Part shown: one piece after another, positions 35,890-50,078 of the stretch | Position numbering within the stretch: position 1 is the first letter of the stretch | How the letters are laid out: each line of letters starts with the position of its first letter | From: Octopus sinensis | Taxonomy: Eukaryota | Assembly: GCF_006345805.1 (NCBI RefSeq) | Contig: NC_043002.1 | Location: forward strand, 89,776,001 to 89,840,000 | Reading direction: 5' to 3' | Length of the DNA: 64,000 nucleotides | Notes under the pieces: model-generated | The model's database searches: none | What the model was told of the DNA's origin: nothing | The model's input: only the letters and a program-made list of their open reading frames with translations | Translations under genes and position numbers: made by a program

Positions 35890-37086
35890 CAGATGCTCAG
35901 GAACAATAAACACTGAAAATGCTCTGAGACCAACTTCTGTCACTTTCCAGGGAGAAAAACTAGAAATAGTTGATAGCTTCCGTTACCTGGGTGACTAAGT
36001 CAGTAGCAGGGGTGGGTGTGCTGAAAGTGTAACTGCTAGAGTAAGAATAGCCTGGGCAAAGTTCAGAGAGCTCTTACCTCTGCTGGTGACAAAAGGCCTC
36101 TCGCTCAGAGTAAAAGGCAGACTGTATGACGCGTGTGTATGAACAGCCATGCTACATGGCAGTGAAGCATGGGCTGTGACTGCTGAGGATATGCGTAAGC
36201 TCGCAAGAAATGAAGCCAGTATGCTCCGATGGATGTGTAATGTCAGTGTTCATACTCAACAGAGTGTAAGTACCTTGAGAGAAAAGCTGGACCTAAGAAG
36301 CATCAGATGTGGTGTGCAAGAGAGACGTTTGCGCTGGTATGGTCATGTGGCGAGAATGGATGAAGATAGTTGTGTGAAAAAGTGTCACACCCTAGCGGTT
36401 GAGGGAACCTGTGGAAGAGGCAGACCCAGGAAAACCTGGGACGAGGTGGTGAAGCACGACCTTCAAACTTTAGGTCTCACTGAGGAAATGACTAGAGACC
36501 GAGACCTCTGGAAGTATGCTGTGCGTAAGAAGACCCGGCAGGACAAGTGAGACCATAACCCGTGGCCTTCTACACGGGATGTAACCAGTCCACTTATGCA
36601 TACCTTCCCTTCTTGGGACACAAAACTCTACTTGTGAAGACCTGTTGAGGCAAGTGAGAATCAGAATCAAAATCGATCAATGGAAATTGCAGCTGAGATA
36701 CCTGTGCCGGTGGCACGTAAGAGAACCATCCGAACGTGGCCGTTGCCAGTGCCACCTAGACTGGCCTCGTGCCGGTGGCACGTAAAAAGCACCATCCATT
36801 CGTGGCCGTTGCCAGCCTCGCCTGGCCCCCGTGCTGGTGGCACATAAAAAGCACCATCCGATCGTGGCCGTTTGCCAGACTCGTCTGACACCTGTGCCGG
36901 TGGCACGTAAAAAGCACCCACTACACTCATGGAGTGGTTGGCATTAGGAAGGGCACCCAGCCGTAGAAACATTGCCAGATCAGACTGGGCCTGATGTAGC
37001 CTACTGGCTTCCCAGACCCCAGTTGAACCGTCCAACCCATGCTAGCATGGAAAGCGGATGCTAAACGCTGATGATGATGATGATGA
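35890..37086 (+). mobile_element. 5'-truncated RTE-clade LINE (ORF C-terminus plus complete 3' UTR)
   Basis: EIVDSFRYLGD*...LYDACV*TAMLHGSEAW...RRLRWYGHVARM...GRGRPRKTWDEVVKHDL (ORF 36149-36550), then the tandem-repeat UTR and a (GAT)n tail. Confidence 0.92.
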
Positions 37087-37095
37087 TATATATAT

Positions 37096-37280
37096 AACTA
37101 TAAATAAGGGTATCAGAGAGACACCACCATGCCGAAATAGCAGTCAAACCCTGACTCTAAAAACCACCTAAAATGTTCATATTGCATGGTGCGATATGAA
37201 CATTTTAGGTGGTTTTTAGAGTCAGGGTTTGACTGCTATTTCGGCATGGTGGTGTCTCTCAGATACCCTTATTTATAGTT
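37096..37280. repeat. 185-bp near-perfect palindrome
   Basis: Arms of about 91 bp with two differences seen, and a 3-nt loop centred on 37188. The right arm and its flank recur at about 40525-40681. Confidence 0.92.
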
Positions 37281-37367
37281 GTAAAAAATGATTACCTTTG
37301 TATGGTACTTATTCCCATGCTGGCCACTTGATAATATTGATATTTAAATATTGATATTATCCTTATT

Positions 37368-37420
<53 letters not shown>

Positions 37421-37856
37421 AACCCTTCAAGGCAGTGTCCTAACATGGCCACAGTTCAATGGCTGAAACAAGTAAGATATGAAATATAAAAGACAAAGGA
37501 CACCAACCAGTTTTCTTCAATCTGTAAGACATGGAAGAACATTCTGAATCTTATGCAGAAGACCTTCGCATAAAGATTTTTATTGGATAATATGTAATTA
37601 CTTAATTGGTAGAAGCTGTCACCTGTTTAAAGACAAAAGTATGGGATTGGATTACATTCTAAAAGATTATTGAGAAAAAGATTATTTATAAATGATTATG
37701 GATGACTAAGTTGTACCTCCAGGTAATATTCATGACAATATTACAATATCATTAAATTATCATCAAATTCACCGAATGTGGAGAACTTTTGCTTGATATG
37801 TATGTGTGTATTAGATAATTTACTAATACACACTTACACAGGCCTTCATGTGTGTA

Positions 37857-38778
37857 TTGGGTCATCCCATAAATAATGCGGTATTTTCAATTGCATGAAT
37901 TAAAAGTCGGAAGGGGACAGGATAAACTACCTGCATCAACTTGCTATAAAAGCAGATAGTAATTTAACCTTGTTCTTACTCTTATTGCAAGTTTTGAAGA
38001 GGGCAATCGATTTTAGCAGTTATTTTTTCAAAGCTACAATGGAAGTAGCAAAGGAGCATATTCGGTATATTTTGCTTTATGAGTTCAATGAAGGCAACAA
38101 TGCAACAGAAAATGCGAGGAATATTAATGCAGTATATGGAGATTGGACAATAAGCATAAGCCAGGGTCAACGGTGATTCCAGAAATTCTGAGCCGGAAAC
38201 TACAGCCTAGCAGATGAGCCTTGTCCTGGAAGATTTGAAGAGCTCAACAAGGATGTCCTGCAAACCCTAGTGGTACAAAATCCCACCACAACTGTTGAGG
38301 AACTAGCAGAGAAGCTTGGATTTGGTCATTTAACCATTTATCTACACCAGCACTAGAAGAAAAACAACCATCTTTGGTTTCAAGATGAAAAATATTCTTC
38401 CATCAGGATAATGCTCAGCTACATATAGTGAGGATGACATTCCAAAGGCTGGAGAAGTTGAAATGGGAAATGATGTCTCACCCACCATATTTGCCAGACA
38501 TTGCTCCATCTAATTATCATTTATTCCACAGCCTTCAAAAGCATTTGGTTGGAAAAAATATGAATTCTGTAGACAAGGTCAGAACAGTAATGGAGGAGTA
38601 TTTTTTGTCATGGACAAGTGAATTTTGGAAGAGGAGCCTTGCAAGTCTACCAGATAGATGGAAGAGTATTGTAGAAAATGAAGGAGAGTATATTTTAGAT
38701 TTAAAAAGAACTTTGTTTATCTTAATTTTGAAAAATAAAAGAAGTATAAAAAACTGCATTATTTATGAGATGACCTAC
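37857..38778 (+). mobile_element. Internally deleted mariner element with both TIRs
   Basis: TA|TTGGGTCATCCCATAAATAATGC and GCATTATTTATGAGATGACCTAC|TA. Translates MEVAKEHIRYILLYEF...NINAVYG, and HPPYLPDIAPSNYHLF (YSPDLAP motif); the catalytic middle is missing. Confidence 0.92.
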
Positions 38779-38935
38779 TATATACATACATATATGTATG
38801 TAAATGTTTGTCTATATGCATGTCTATCTATCAGTCTCTATCTGTCTCTCTGTCTGTCTATCTATCTATCTGTCTGTCTGTCCATCTGTCCATCCATCCA
38901 TCTATCATTGAATTCTCTATCATGGGTCTGTACAT

Positions 38936-39004
<69 letters not shown>

Positions 39005-39069
39005 GGTCCCGGGTTGATTCGGGGTTAACCACAGTAAATAAGGTACTCAATACATAGCAGAGTAAATTA

Positions 39070-39199
39070 ATTTATTATATAGAAGGAGCTTCTACAGGAC
39101 TAGAACTGTTTCATTCAAGAGAAATCTTCAGGAAGCTTCCTGAAGATTTCTCTTGAATGAAACAGTTCTAGTCCTGTAGAAGCTCCTTCTATATAATAA

Positions 39200-39201
<2 letters not shown>
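39070..39201. repeat. 132-bp perfect palindrome, no spacer
   Basis: 66-bp arms centred on AAG|CTT at 39135/39136; no mismatch found by eye. Confidence 0.93.
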
Positions 39202-39246
<45 letters not shown>

Positions 39247-41312
39247 GTCCCATGCACCCCTCCTTAGTTGAGCATTCCTAATCTTGTGGGCTTGTAAGTG
39301 ATAGTGCCATATAAAAGTACACTCTGCAAAAAGTGGCTGGTGTATGGAAGGGCATCCAGCCATAGAAACCATTACAAAACAGACATGGAGCCTGAGCAGA
39401 CTTCAGCTGGCTGGTTCCTGTCAAACTGTTCAACCCATGCCAGCATGGAAAACAGATGTTAAATGATGACAATGATGATGATGATGATGATATAGGATAC
39501 TGTCTAGGCCTGTGGTAAATATCATGTAATTGATGGTGTTAAAAGCAAAGCAGTCTTGATCCTATCAAGCTGCTTTCAATTTATATGATTGGATAATTGT
39601 TGGGCTTTATCGACTCGGCTCACTGAAGGTATTGTCATGAATTATGATTCATAATATGAAATATGAACCACGAGTGTAAATTAATTTCTATATTTAAACT
39701 AAGGTAGGGCCATTAACACAATAGATGTATATGAACGAGAAAGTGTGTAATCAGTGATTGCTGTTTATTCCATTCAGTTAAAATCTAAAATCTATGAATG
39801 AATGACATATGGAAAAGAGAACAAGAGATGAGTAATCAACTTACCCACTTTGGAACTTTTTCCATATGTTCTTTGTGTCTGCACTTACAAATTGTGTGTG
39901 TGTGTGTGTATGTGTGTGTGTGTGATTTTTCTTCTACTGCAAAAAAACTCTTTTGGCTGCAACACACATATAAAAAAAAAAGCATACACTGAAACCTTTT
40001 TCTCACATGTTACTTTGAATCTTTCATATAATGAAAGGCACGAAGTAACATGTGATCCTTTTTTTCCTTTTTCCCTTCTCTCCCCTTTATTTGTATTATG
40101 CATGGCAAAATTATCTTGTGAATACATACACCAATATAGTTTCAGTAAGATTATAATATGAAAAGTATTCATGTGCAAATGTATTTTTGTTTTTTTATTC
40201 TCTTATGTATAAAAACAGAGAATAATACCCTTATGTTAAAAAGTTAAACTTGTTTTATTTAAACAAAAAAATATATATGTATATATATATATATAAAATT
40301 TAATGCATTTTCAGCCTTCTCTTACTATATTCCCTACGTATATAAATTTATACTTTTACATTGTCAAATAGTATATTCCTGGTTATGGCATACAATCATT
40401 CAGAAAGTTGGCATTGGTTTTGCATCTAAAATTCTACCAGGCAATGTAGACAACTCATCAAACCTGTTGGCCAGAAACACATAGCCTCTTGACCAACATA
40501 CCTTCTCTCCTAGCGCTGTGGCTTAGGGTCAGGGTTTTGACTGCTATTTCAGCATGGTGGTATCTCTCAGATACCCTAATTTATAGTTTTAAATAATTAT
40601 TACCTTTGTATGGTATTTATTCCCATACTGGTCACTTGATGAGATCGATATTTAAATATTGATATTATCCTTATTTATAAATATATATATATATATATGC
40701 TTTTGGTGTGAATGTTTTTTTATATGGCAGTTTTTACAATCCTGTAAATAATAATAATGGCATTTTTATATAAGCTTACAGCTTATGGTGATCACCGTGC
40801 AATAAACTAAGGAAAATAGTCTAATATATATATATTATTGTTGGTTCCCTGTCCTGTTATTCCTTATTTGTACTGTTTTTTCTTCATTTGTATTGCTTTT
40901 ACGTCCTGTTCTTGTCACTTGTTTTACCCCTCTGCAAAAGAATTTTATTTAATTCCTTTTGCAGGAAGGATTGTTTCGACCTAGCTGTGTTCTGCCCTTA
41001 CCTTCGAAATACGCATTGAGTCGAACCAGGGGCAGCTGATGAAGGGGAATTTTCCTTGTATTGTTTGTCCTCTGTTTTTTCATTGTTAAAAAAAAGTCCG
41101 TTTCCTTGTTTGATTTTATGTTTTCGTTTCTCGTTGTGTTCTACGTTTATTTGTGGTGTCCTATACTCATATATATATATATATGCTTGTATATGTACAT
41201 GTAGATGTAAGTATGTACATATATGTATGTATATATGCATATATTTTATTTATTTATTATATTGTTATTATATGACCGAACGCACGCGTCGTTTCTCTTC
41301 TCCAAGTAAGTT

Positions 41313-41352
<40 letters not shown>

Positions 41353-42136
41353 CTCCTTCAGTTCTCCCTCCAATTCCACCTCCAATGGCCCTTCCTCTCT
41401 CAAATTTCCTTGTCTTGCAAGTTACTTGGCAACCCCACTGGTGTTGGTGTCATGTAAAAAGCATCCAGTTCACACTGTAAAATGGTTGGCATTTGGAAGG
41501 GCATAATGAATATGGTGCAGGTGTGTGGGTGTGTGGAAAGAAGCTTGTTTCCCAATCACATAGCTGTAAAAACCAAGCCAAAATAGACAGTAGCCTGGGT
41601 TAGTCTTCTACCTGGCTGGCTCCTGTCAAACTGTTCAACCCATGCCTGTATGGAAGGTGGACATTAAACGATGATAATGAATATGGTGCAGGTGTGTGGG
41701 CGTGTGGAAAGAATCTTGTTTCCCAACCACATGGTCCTTAGTTTTAGAGGTTGGTCCAAAGAATTCACACCACTAAATATAAAATTTACTTTTGATTGTG
41801 TAACAACAGAGTAGGACAACTCTCCATGAACCACCAAAACTCTGACATGAATCAGTGGTGTGACCATCTGGACTGAGCTATGTATCACTGCTCTAACTCT
41901 ATATCTGTTGTCTTTCATATTTTCTTTCCCACCTGTTAAGTTTCCCCTCTGTCATTTCTCGACTCACCATTCTTTTATATTCACTTATTCACTCCACTGC
42001 TCCATTCAGATGAATTCCTACTCTTTTTCTCTCCTTTCTATTTCCCACCACTTTTAATCCATACCTTTTGATTTTGACAATAATGGGGTCCCTACACATT
42101 TGTTTCAACTTGGTAGCGATAGCAGCCAAACCTCTT

Positions 42137-42364
42137 TTAACCCTTTAGTGTTTGTATTATTCTGCCAAAATTAATGCTTTTTTATCCACATTGTTTTGAA
42201 CTAATCATGCATTATCTTGTAGCTTTGAGATTTTGATGATGCAACTTAATTTTTAAAATGATATTTGTAGGGTTGGTGTGAGAGACCATATCTGGCCAGT
42301 TTGAACATAAAACAGGCAGAATACTTTTGGCCGGATATGGCCGGTTTAAATGCTAAAGGGTTAA
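42137..42364. mobile_element. TTAA-flanked (piggyBac-like) MITE
   Basis: TTAA|CCCTTTAGTGTTT...AAATGCTAAAGGG|TTAA. Confidence 0.8.
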
Positions 42365-43057
42365 AGCCACAACCTAAGTTTTTGCCAAAAAAAAAAAAAA
42401 AAGGGGGCACATTCAGTAATGTGGTGTAGTCTGAGGTATGCCTGAGAAGACAAAAGGGTGACAGCTGGAATGCTTTTGATCATAAAACTGCTCCATTAGG
42501 GTTGACCTGGAGTTAACAATATTCATCAGTTCTTTACTCCCTTCTTTACCTGTTCCATTGCATTCTTTGTCATGTAAAACCACACCATACCACACACACA
42601 CCAAATCACATCATGCTGCCATTTGCTCCGCTCTATTTACTTTTCCATTAACACCAGTTGTTCACACCTACTTCAGTAACTGTTAAACATCTAACAATAA
42701 CCCTCACCTCACAGACACGCACCAGAGAATGGTTGCTCGTTGTGACAGACAGATGGCAGATAATCAGTAGTATCTATCATTTAAGTGACTCTTGCCTGAC
42801 TATCCAGGTGAAACCCTGCAGCCAATAAACCAAATGATTTCATTAAAAAGGAAAATCAGTATTAGCTGATTATAGTTATTTCTAATTTTGGCACAAGGCC
42901 ACCACTTTTGAGGGAATAGGGCTTGTTGATAACAGAACCTTCTAGTACTTGATTGATTCTTTATTTTGTCAATTTCAAAAGAATGGCAGGCGAAGTTGGC
43001 CTTGCCCACATTTGAAGCTACAAAAGAAAGAAATACTACAAGATACTACCTCTCCTC

Positions 43058-43215
43058 CTGACTCTAATGATTTTCCCATTTTGGAATAATCCATTTAGAA
43101 TACATCTATACTGTTATATTACTTTATTTTGTAATAATGTTATTATATATTCTTCCAGAGTATAGATGTATTCTAAAGAGGTTATTCCAAAATGGCAAAA
43201 TCATTAGGGTGTCAG
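43058..43215. repeat. Imperfect inverted repeat, ~55-bp arms
   Basis: CTGACTCTAATGATTTTCCCATTTTGGAATAA...TAGAATACATCTATACT versus AGTATAGATGTATTCTA...TTATTCCAAAATGGCAAAATCATTAGGGTGTCAG. Confidence 0.8.
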
Positions 43216-43566
43216 TGAAAGGGATAATGTCTTGCAGTATTTCTTTGATTTTGTCACTTCAAATCTAGGCAAGGTCAGTTCTCTCAGTAAGGGTTACTGC
43301 TTGTAGAACCATCATAGTTGAGAAGGAGAGGAAAGGAAGATTCTGAAAAATTGGTGGAGATTGGCAAAGGACTAAAATAATCAGATGCAGTTTCAGACTG
43401 TGGAGGCCTTATAGATCATGTGATGAATATGCAGTCATCTTTCATGGTTTGGATGAGGATACTGGAGGAATTGTATTGGTTAAGAGCTGTCCAGTTTGTA
43501 AGTTCTATAGGCTGTGATTTTTACCTGAACTTTGCTCATAAAAGAATGACTAGCATTTGACCTGCC

Positions 43567-43784
43567 TTAACCTTCTCTCATTCAGATTACTTCATCATAT
43601 CTAAAGCTTATTTATTCATGTTGTTTTGAATTAATCATGCTTTATCTCATAGCTACAAGATTTCGATGATTTGATTGTTTAGTTTTGCAAGGGAGATGCA
43701 AGAGGCTGGGTCTGATCAGTTTTGAACATAAAGCATGTTGAATATTTGGGCTGGATGTGGCCATTTTAAATGTTAAAGGATTAA
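43567..43784. mobile_element. TTAA-flanked MITE, older copy
   Basis: Homologous to 42137-42364; TTAA at both ends. Confidence 0.65.
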
Positions 43785-44561
43785 GGCAGTTGGCTCTCGT
43801 TGCTTCTTATATCCGAAAGGTAGCAAGCTGACAGAATTATTACTGTGGTGGACGAAATGTTTAGCTGTTTAGCAGTATTTCTTTCAGCTCTTTATGTTCT
43901 GAGTTCAAATGCCACTGAAATCAACATTGCCTTTCATCCTTTCAGGTTTTGATAAAATAAGTACCAGTTGAGACTGGAGGTCGATGAAATCAGCTTCTTC
44001 CTCCCTTCAAAACTGCTGGTTTTATGCTGAAATTAGAAAGAAATGTTTCTTATAGCTGTGTGATTGAGTGGGGCTGTGGCGATGGAGACAATTTTAGCCA
44101 TGGCTTGACTGATGATGGTGATGATGACAGAATAATGATGACTGGAGACATTGATGATGATGCTGATGATGCTGACAGTAATGTTGTCAATACTTGCTGA
44201 TAACAGTTCTAGCCATCACAGCAATATTAGGTAAACTGAAGACAAAATAAGACAAAAAGCTTATTGCCAATGGCCAAAATGGTATTGACGACAATTAGAA
44301 CAAAAAAAAAAAAAAAGTAACAAGTGAAAACTGGTCAAAGAAAGAAAAAATTAAAAAAAGGCAAAATTAAAAGATAGTGAAGTGTAAACCAAAAATGGCA
44401 TACAAATATCAATAATGTCCAGACTCTTGGAACTCATTGAAAATGGTGAGAACTATTGCCAGATTTAAGATTACTCCTACTTAAGTATTTTTTAACATGT
44501 TAAGCAGTTCTTTGTATCATTGAAAAGAAATCCATTGTTGAGACTAAGAGAGAAAGCAAGT

Positions 44562-44600
<39 letters not shown>

Positions 44601-45999
44601 AGGAGAGGAAGAAAGAGAAAAAGTAAGGAGTCGGTGTTTATTAATAGCCATAATTCTAAAATGTTGCATTTCTTCAGGTTGTTTGGTTAGGAAGGAAGGA
44701 GAAAGCAAGAAGGTAAATGCGATATTTTGATGCTTCAGACAAGAATGGTCATGTGATTCTAGACATCTGTGCCATGAAAACAAACAAAAAAGCTGACCAT
44801 TTGGTATTTTGTAGATCAGTAGACTGAGCCACACATATATGTACATACACATACTATTTGTAGAAACAATAGCATACTGAACACTATCTAGCTTCATTTC
44901 AGGTTCAAACCTCAGTAGGGTTGACTTTACAATTTCTCCGATCAGGATGAATGACTTAAGTACCAGTAATATTCCTGGCAGACTGAATCAACTATAGCCC
45001 CTTCCTAGAAAAAATTAAATTTTTGTCCCTATTAAATACTTATAGCAGTGTATATAAATTTCAGGTGCCACATAAGAAGCTCTTGTTCCACATAAAACAC
45101 ATTGGTGCCAGTGCCATGTAAAAAGCACCCAACACACTCTGTATAATGGTTGGCATTAGGAAGGGCATCCCATCCTGTCATAGAAACCATGCCAAAACAG
45201 ACAAATGGAGTTGGGAAACTCTCCAGCTGGTCAGCTCCTTTCAAACCATCTGACCCATGCTAGCATGGAAAATAGACGTTAAATGATGACAATTTGAAAT
45301 TTAAAATATCACTTAGTTCTGAACCCTTTTTACGTGCTGGTGCCATGTAAAAAGCACCCAGCATACTCTGTAAAGTGGTTGGAATTAAGAAGGGCATCCA
45401 ACTGTTGAAACTATGCCAAAACAGACAATAGGAAGCTGGGCAGCTCTCCAGCTGACCAGCTCTTGTGAAATTATCCAAACTGTGCCAGCATGGAAAACAG
45501 CCATTAAATGGTTTGAAAATTAGAATATCACTTAGTTGTGAACCCTTTTGGTATCTGTCTGAGACAACTCCTAGTTCTATGACACAAATTTCCTGTTTTA
45601 AAGTAATCCACCTTAAAAACATGCTGTACGATACATCTTTTATCATTTACTTGTTTCATTCATTGGATTGTCACCATGCTGGGGCACTACCTTGAAGAGT
45701 TCTGTCAAACAAATTGGCTCCAATAATTGTCTTATTTTCTAAGTCTGGTTCATTGGTCGCTTTTGCTGAACTGCTAAGTCACAGGAACATAAAAAAAACC
45801 AACACCAGTTGCTAAATGGCAGAGAAGACAAACAGAAACACATGCACACATATACATATACGATGGGCTTCCACACAGTTTCCATCTATGAAATTCACGC
45901 ACATCTTCAGTTTTACTTTAGAAAATCATGTAGCACAAGCTTTTACAGATGCCTACTTCTCCGGCAACTTCACAGATATTTATCTTCTATTAGTTTTAG

Positions 46000-46610
46000 T
46001 CATTAAACTGTGGCCATGCTGGGGTACTGCCTTGAAGAAGCTTTAGTCAAATGAACTGACCTCTGTACATTTTGTCTGGTTCTTATTCTATCGATCTCTT
46101 TTGCCAAACTGCTAAGTTACGGGGATGTAAACACACCAACAGTGGTTGTCAAGCAGTTGTGAGGGACAAACACAGACACACGCACGCACACACGCACGCA
46201 CACACACACACAAACACACACACACGCACGCACACACACACACACACACATTTCTGTCCACAGTTTCTTATTTCTTTACTGCCCACAAGGGGCTACACAC
46301 AGAGGGGACTAACAAGGACAGAGAAACAGATTAAGTCAGTTATATCGACCCCAGTGCATAACTGGTACTTATTTAATCGACCCCAAAAGGATGAAAAGCA
46401 AAGTCAACCTCGGTGGAATTTGAACTCAGAACATAGCGGCAGACAAAATACCGCTAAGCATTTCACCCAGCATGCTAACGTTTCTGTCCACAGTTTCTGT
46501 TTTAACCAAATCCACTCACAAGGCTTTGGTCAGCTTGAGGCTATAGTAGAACACACTTGCCCAAGGTACCACACAATGGGACTGAACCTGGAACCATGTG
46601 GTTGTTGTCT
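46000..46610 (-). mobile_element. SINE B with a nested SINE A
   Basis: SINE A at 46269-46480; TTTCTGTCCACAGTTTCT duplicated at 46251-46268 and 46481-46498. Confidence 0.8.
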
Positions 46611-47201
46611 TTTGTAATGGAAGGTCGTCCAAATTCAAAATCATTTTTGGTAGATATTTTTCTTGATTCAAAATGCTTGTACTACTCATGACACTGCATA
46701 TGGTTCAAAGAGTTCTTCCCATAGGGTTGTCGCAACATTAGAACAGTCTCAGTAAAAGATTTTTCTCAACTTGAAATGCAATTTCACACAAACTATTAAT
46801 TTTTCCAAATGCTTTTATTGTTAAACAAGTCCTCCAAAGCATATGCTCAATCAGCACATGTAAATCAATGACTGGTTGATGTAGTTAAGATACGATTATT
46901 ATTATTAAATAGATCAAAAGCACCTATTTATAGTGCTGCAGTCACAAGCATGCTGTGCCAGCCTGTTCGCATACTATTTTAAAACTCTTTACTCTTTTAC
47001 TCTTTTAATTGTTTCAGTGATTTGATTGCAGCCATGCTGGAGCACCACCTTTTTAGCCGAGCAAATCGACTTATTCTTTTTACTTATTCTATCGGATTCT
47101 TTTGCTGAACCACTAAGTTACGGGGATGTAAACACACCACTATCGGTTGTCAAGCGATGTTAGGTGGACAAACACAAACTCATAAACACACACACACATA
47201 T

Positions 47202-47366
<165 letters not shown>

Positions 47367-47638
47367 GACGGGCTTCTTTCAGTTTCCGTCAACCAAATCC
47401 ACTCACAAGGCTTTGGTGGGCCCAAGGCTATAGTAGAAGACACTTGCCCGAGGTGCCACGCAGTGGGAATGAACCCAGAACCATGTGGTTGGTAAGCAAG
47501 CTAGTTACCACACAGCCACTCCTGCACCTATAAAAGCTCAGTTTCTTTTTTGGGAGACTTTGTATATTTGTGTGTGTGTACTTGGTGTAATTTGTATGTA
47601 TATATTAAGTCATTAACTTTTAATGACTTAATGCACAA

Positions 47639-47704
<66 letters not shown>

Positions 47705-48064
47705 TAAATATTATGTATTCATATTACATATATGATATTTGTTTATTTTATTACATTACCATTGGTGATGAATATTCCATATTATTAAACTTATAAATGG
47801 TTTGACTAAACGTTAATTTATTTTAAATCTGATTTGTCTCCAATTTGAATTTAATGCAAGTGTCATATTTGTGATATGATGGTAAAATCTTGTTTTCTAT
47901 ATTTCCATATCTCATCATATTTTAGAAAGTTTTTATTTACTTTGGGATGATGTTAAACAGATTAGAATTCAAGAAAATAAATCTCAATTCCTTCTTTAAA
48001 TATAACTAATTTTAATCAGTATAAAATTAATATTTTATAATAGGAGAGAAATGTGTCCACATGG

Positions 48065-50078
48065 ATGATGTGCACTTGCATTTAATGATTCTGCAAAGAA
48101 AGAGATTTGGAAATGCCATTATGAAAGACTACTGAATTTGGAGAATGAATGGGAGGAGGAGAGTCTGTCAAATGTTAACCCAACTGAGGAACCACCTATC
48201 CAAATCGACAATATCTTGATAGATAAAGTAATTAAGGATATGAAGACAGTGAAAGCCTTTGGCTTGTCAGGAACCACTGCTGAGAGGCTTAAAACATCTA
48301 GAGGTGTGGGTTATGATCTAGTCATCTGTTTTGTAAATCAGGTGGTTCATGCAGAAGTCATATCCATACTGGTGTAACAGTGCCATAGTCAACTACCACA
48401 AAGGTAAAGGTGATGCCTTAGATAGAAATATTTACAGAGGTATCAAATTGTTGGATCAGGTGAGGAAAGTTATGGAGAGGGTCATAGCCCAACTAATTAG
48501 GGACAGAGTTAGTCTAGGTGAGATGCAGTTTGGTTTTGTGCCAGGGAGAAGTGCCACTGATGCTATATTTGTTGTAAGGCAGCTTCAGGAGAGATACATA
48601 CCCAAAGATAAACCTCTATTCTTGGCTTTTGTTGACTTGGAGAAAGCTTTTGACAGGGTTCCCCAATCCCTTATCTGGTGGTCAATGTAGAAACTAGGGA
48701 TAGACGAGTGGTTAGTAAGAGCTGTACAAGCCATGTATGGGGATATTACTGGTAAGGTGAGGGTTGGCAATGAGTACAGTGAAGAATTCAGGGCACAAGT
48801 AGGTGTTCATCAAGGATCAGTCCACAGCCCCCTTTTGTTCATCATAATTCTCTGGGCAATAAAAGAGGAATTCAAAACAGGCTACCCCTAGGAGCTCCTG
48901 TGTGCTGATGCTCTTGTTCTTATAGCTGAATTACAACCAGAACTAGAGAAGAAGTTCCAGGTATGGAAGTAAGGTTTAGAATTGAAGGGCCTTAGAGTTA
49001 ACCTAACAAAAACCAAAGTCTTAGTAAGTAGGCAGACAAATCACAAATCCCTTCAGGTAGATGGCCCTGTTCGATTTGTAGAAAAGGCATAGGTAGAAAC
49101 TTCCTAAGATGCACCCAATGTAAGCTTTGGACACATTAGAGGTGCAGTGATGTTAGAGGAAGGTTAACAGGGAAAATGGCTTTTGTGTGTGGAAGATGCT
49201 CAAGTTCAATAAATACTGAAAATGTACAAAAAATAGACTCCATCAACTGCCAGTGGGGTAAGCTAGAGGTAGCAGATAGCTTCCGTTATCTAGGTGACCA
49301 AGTTAGTAGTGGAAGTGGATACTCCGAGAGCATAGCTGTGAGGCTGGGCAAAATTCAGAGAACTCCTACCATTGCTGGCAACAAAGGGCCTCTCTCAGAG
49401 TGAAAGGCAGATTGTATGATGCCTGTGTGCAAACATGCTGAGGACATGCTGTGACGGCTGAGGATATGCATATGCTTGAAAGAAATAAAGCCAGTATGCT
49501 TTGCTGGATGTGTAATGTCAGTGTGCATGTTTGACAGAGTGTAAGCATCTCGAAAGAAAAGTTGGGCATAAGAGGTATCAGATATAGTGGAAAAGAGAGA
49601 TGACTGTGCTGGTAGGGTCATATAATGCAGATGGATGAAGACAGCTGTGTAAAGAAGTGCTAATCTCTAACTGTGGAGGGAACTTGTGGGATGAGGTGGT
49701 GAAGCATGATCTTTGAACTTTGGGCCTCACAGAGGCAATGACTAATGACCGAGACCTTTGGCAATTTGCTGTGCTTGAGAAGACCCATCAAGCCAAATGA
49801 AATTATAGTCGTGGAAGCAAATTTACTGAGATGCTTTTGAGTGTTGGGCCTCATGGAGGCAATGACTGAGACCTTTGGCATTATGTCGTGCTTGAGAAGA
49901 AGAGCCATCAAGCCAAGTAAAATCACAGTGTCATGCAAATGGCACCCATAGAATCCGTGCCAAATCAGCATGGAGTCTGGTGCAGCCTTTCAGCTTGCCA
50001 GCCCTAGTCTAACTGTCCAACCCATATCAGCATGGACAACAGATGTTAAATAATGATGATGGTGATGATGATGATGAT
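48065..50078 (+). mobile_element. Decayed RTE-clade LINE (RT domain to 3' tail)
   Basis: YRGIKLLDQ...MQFGFVPGRSATDAIFVVRQLQE...FVDLEKAFDRVP...GVHQGS..SPLLF, with multiple stops and frameshifts; ends in (GAT)n. Same family as 35890-37086. Confidence 0.92.
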
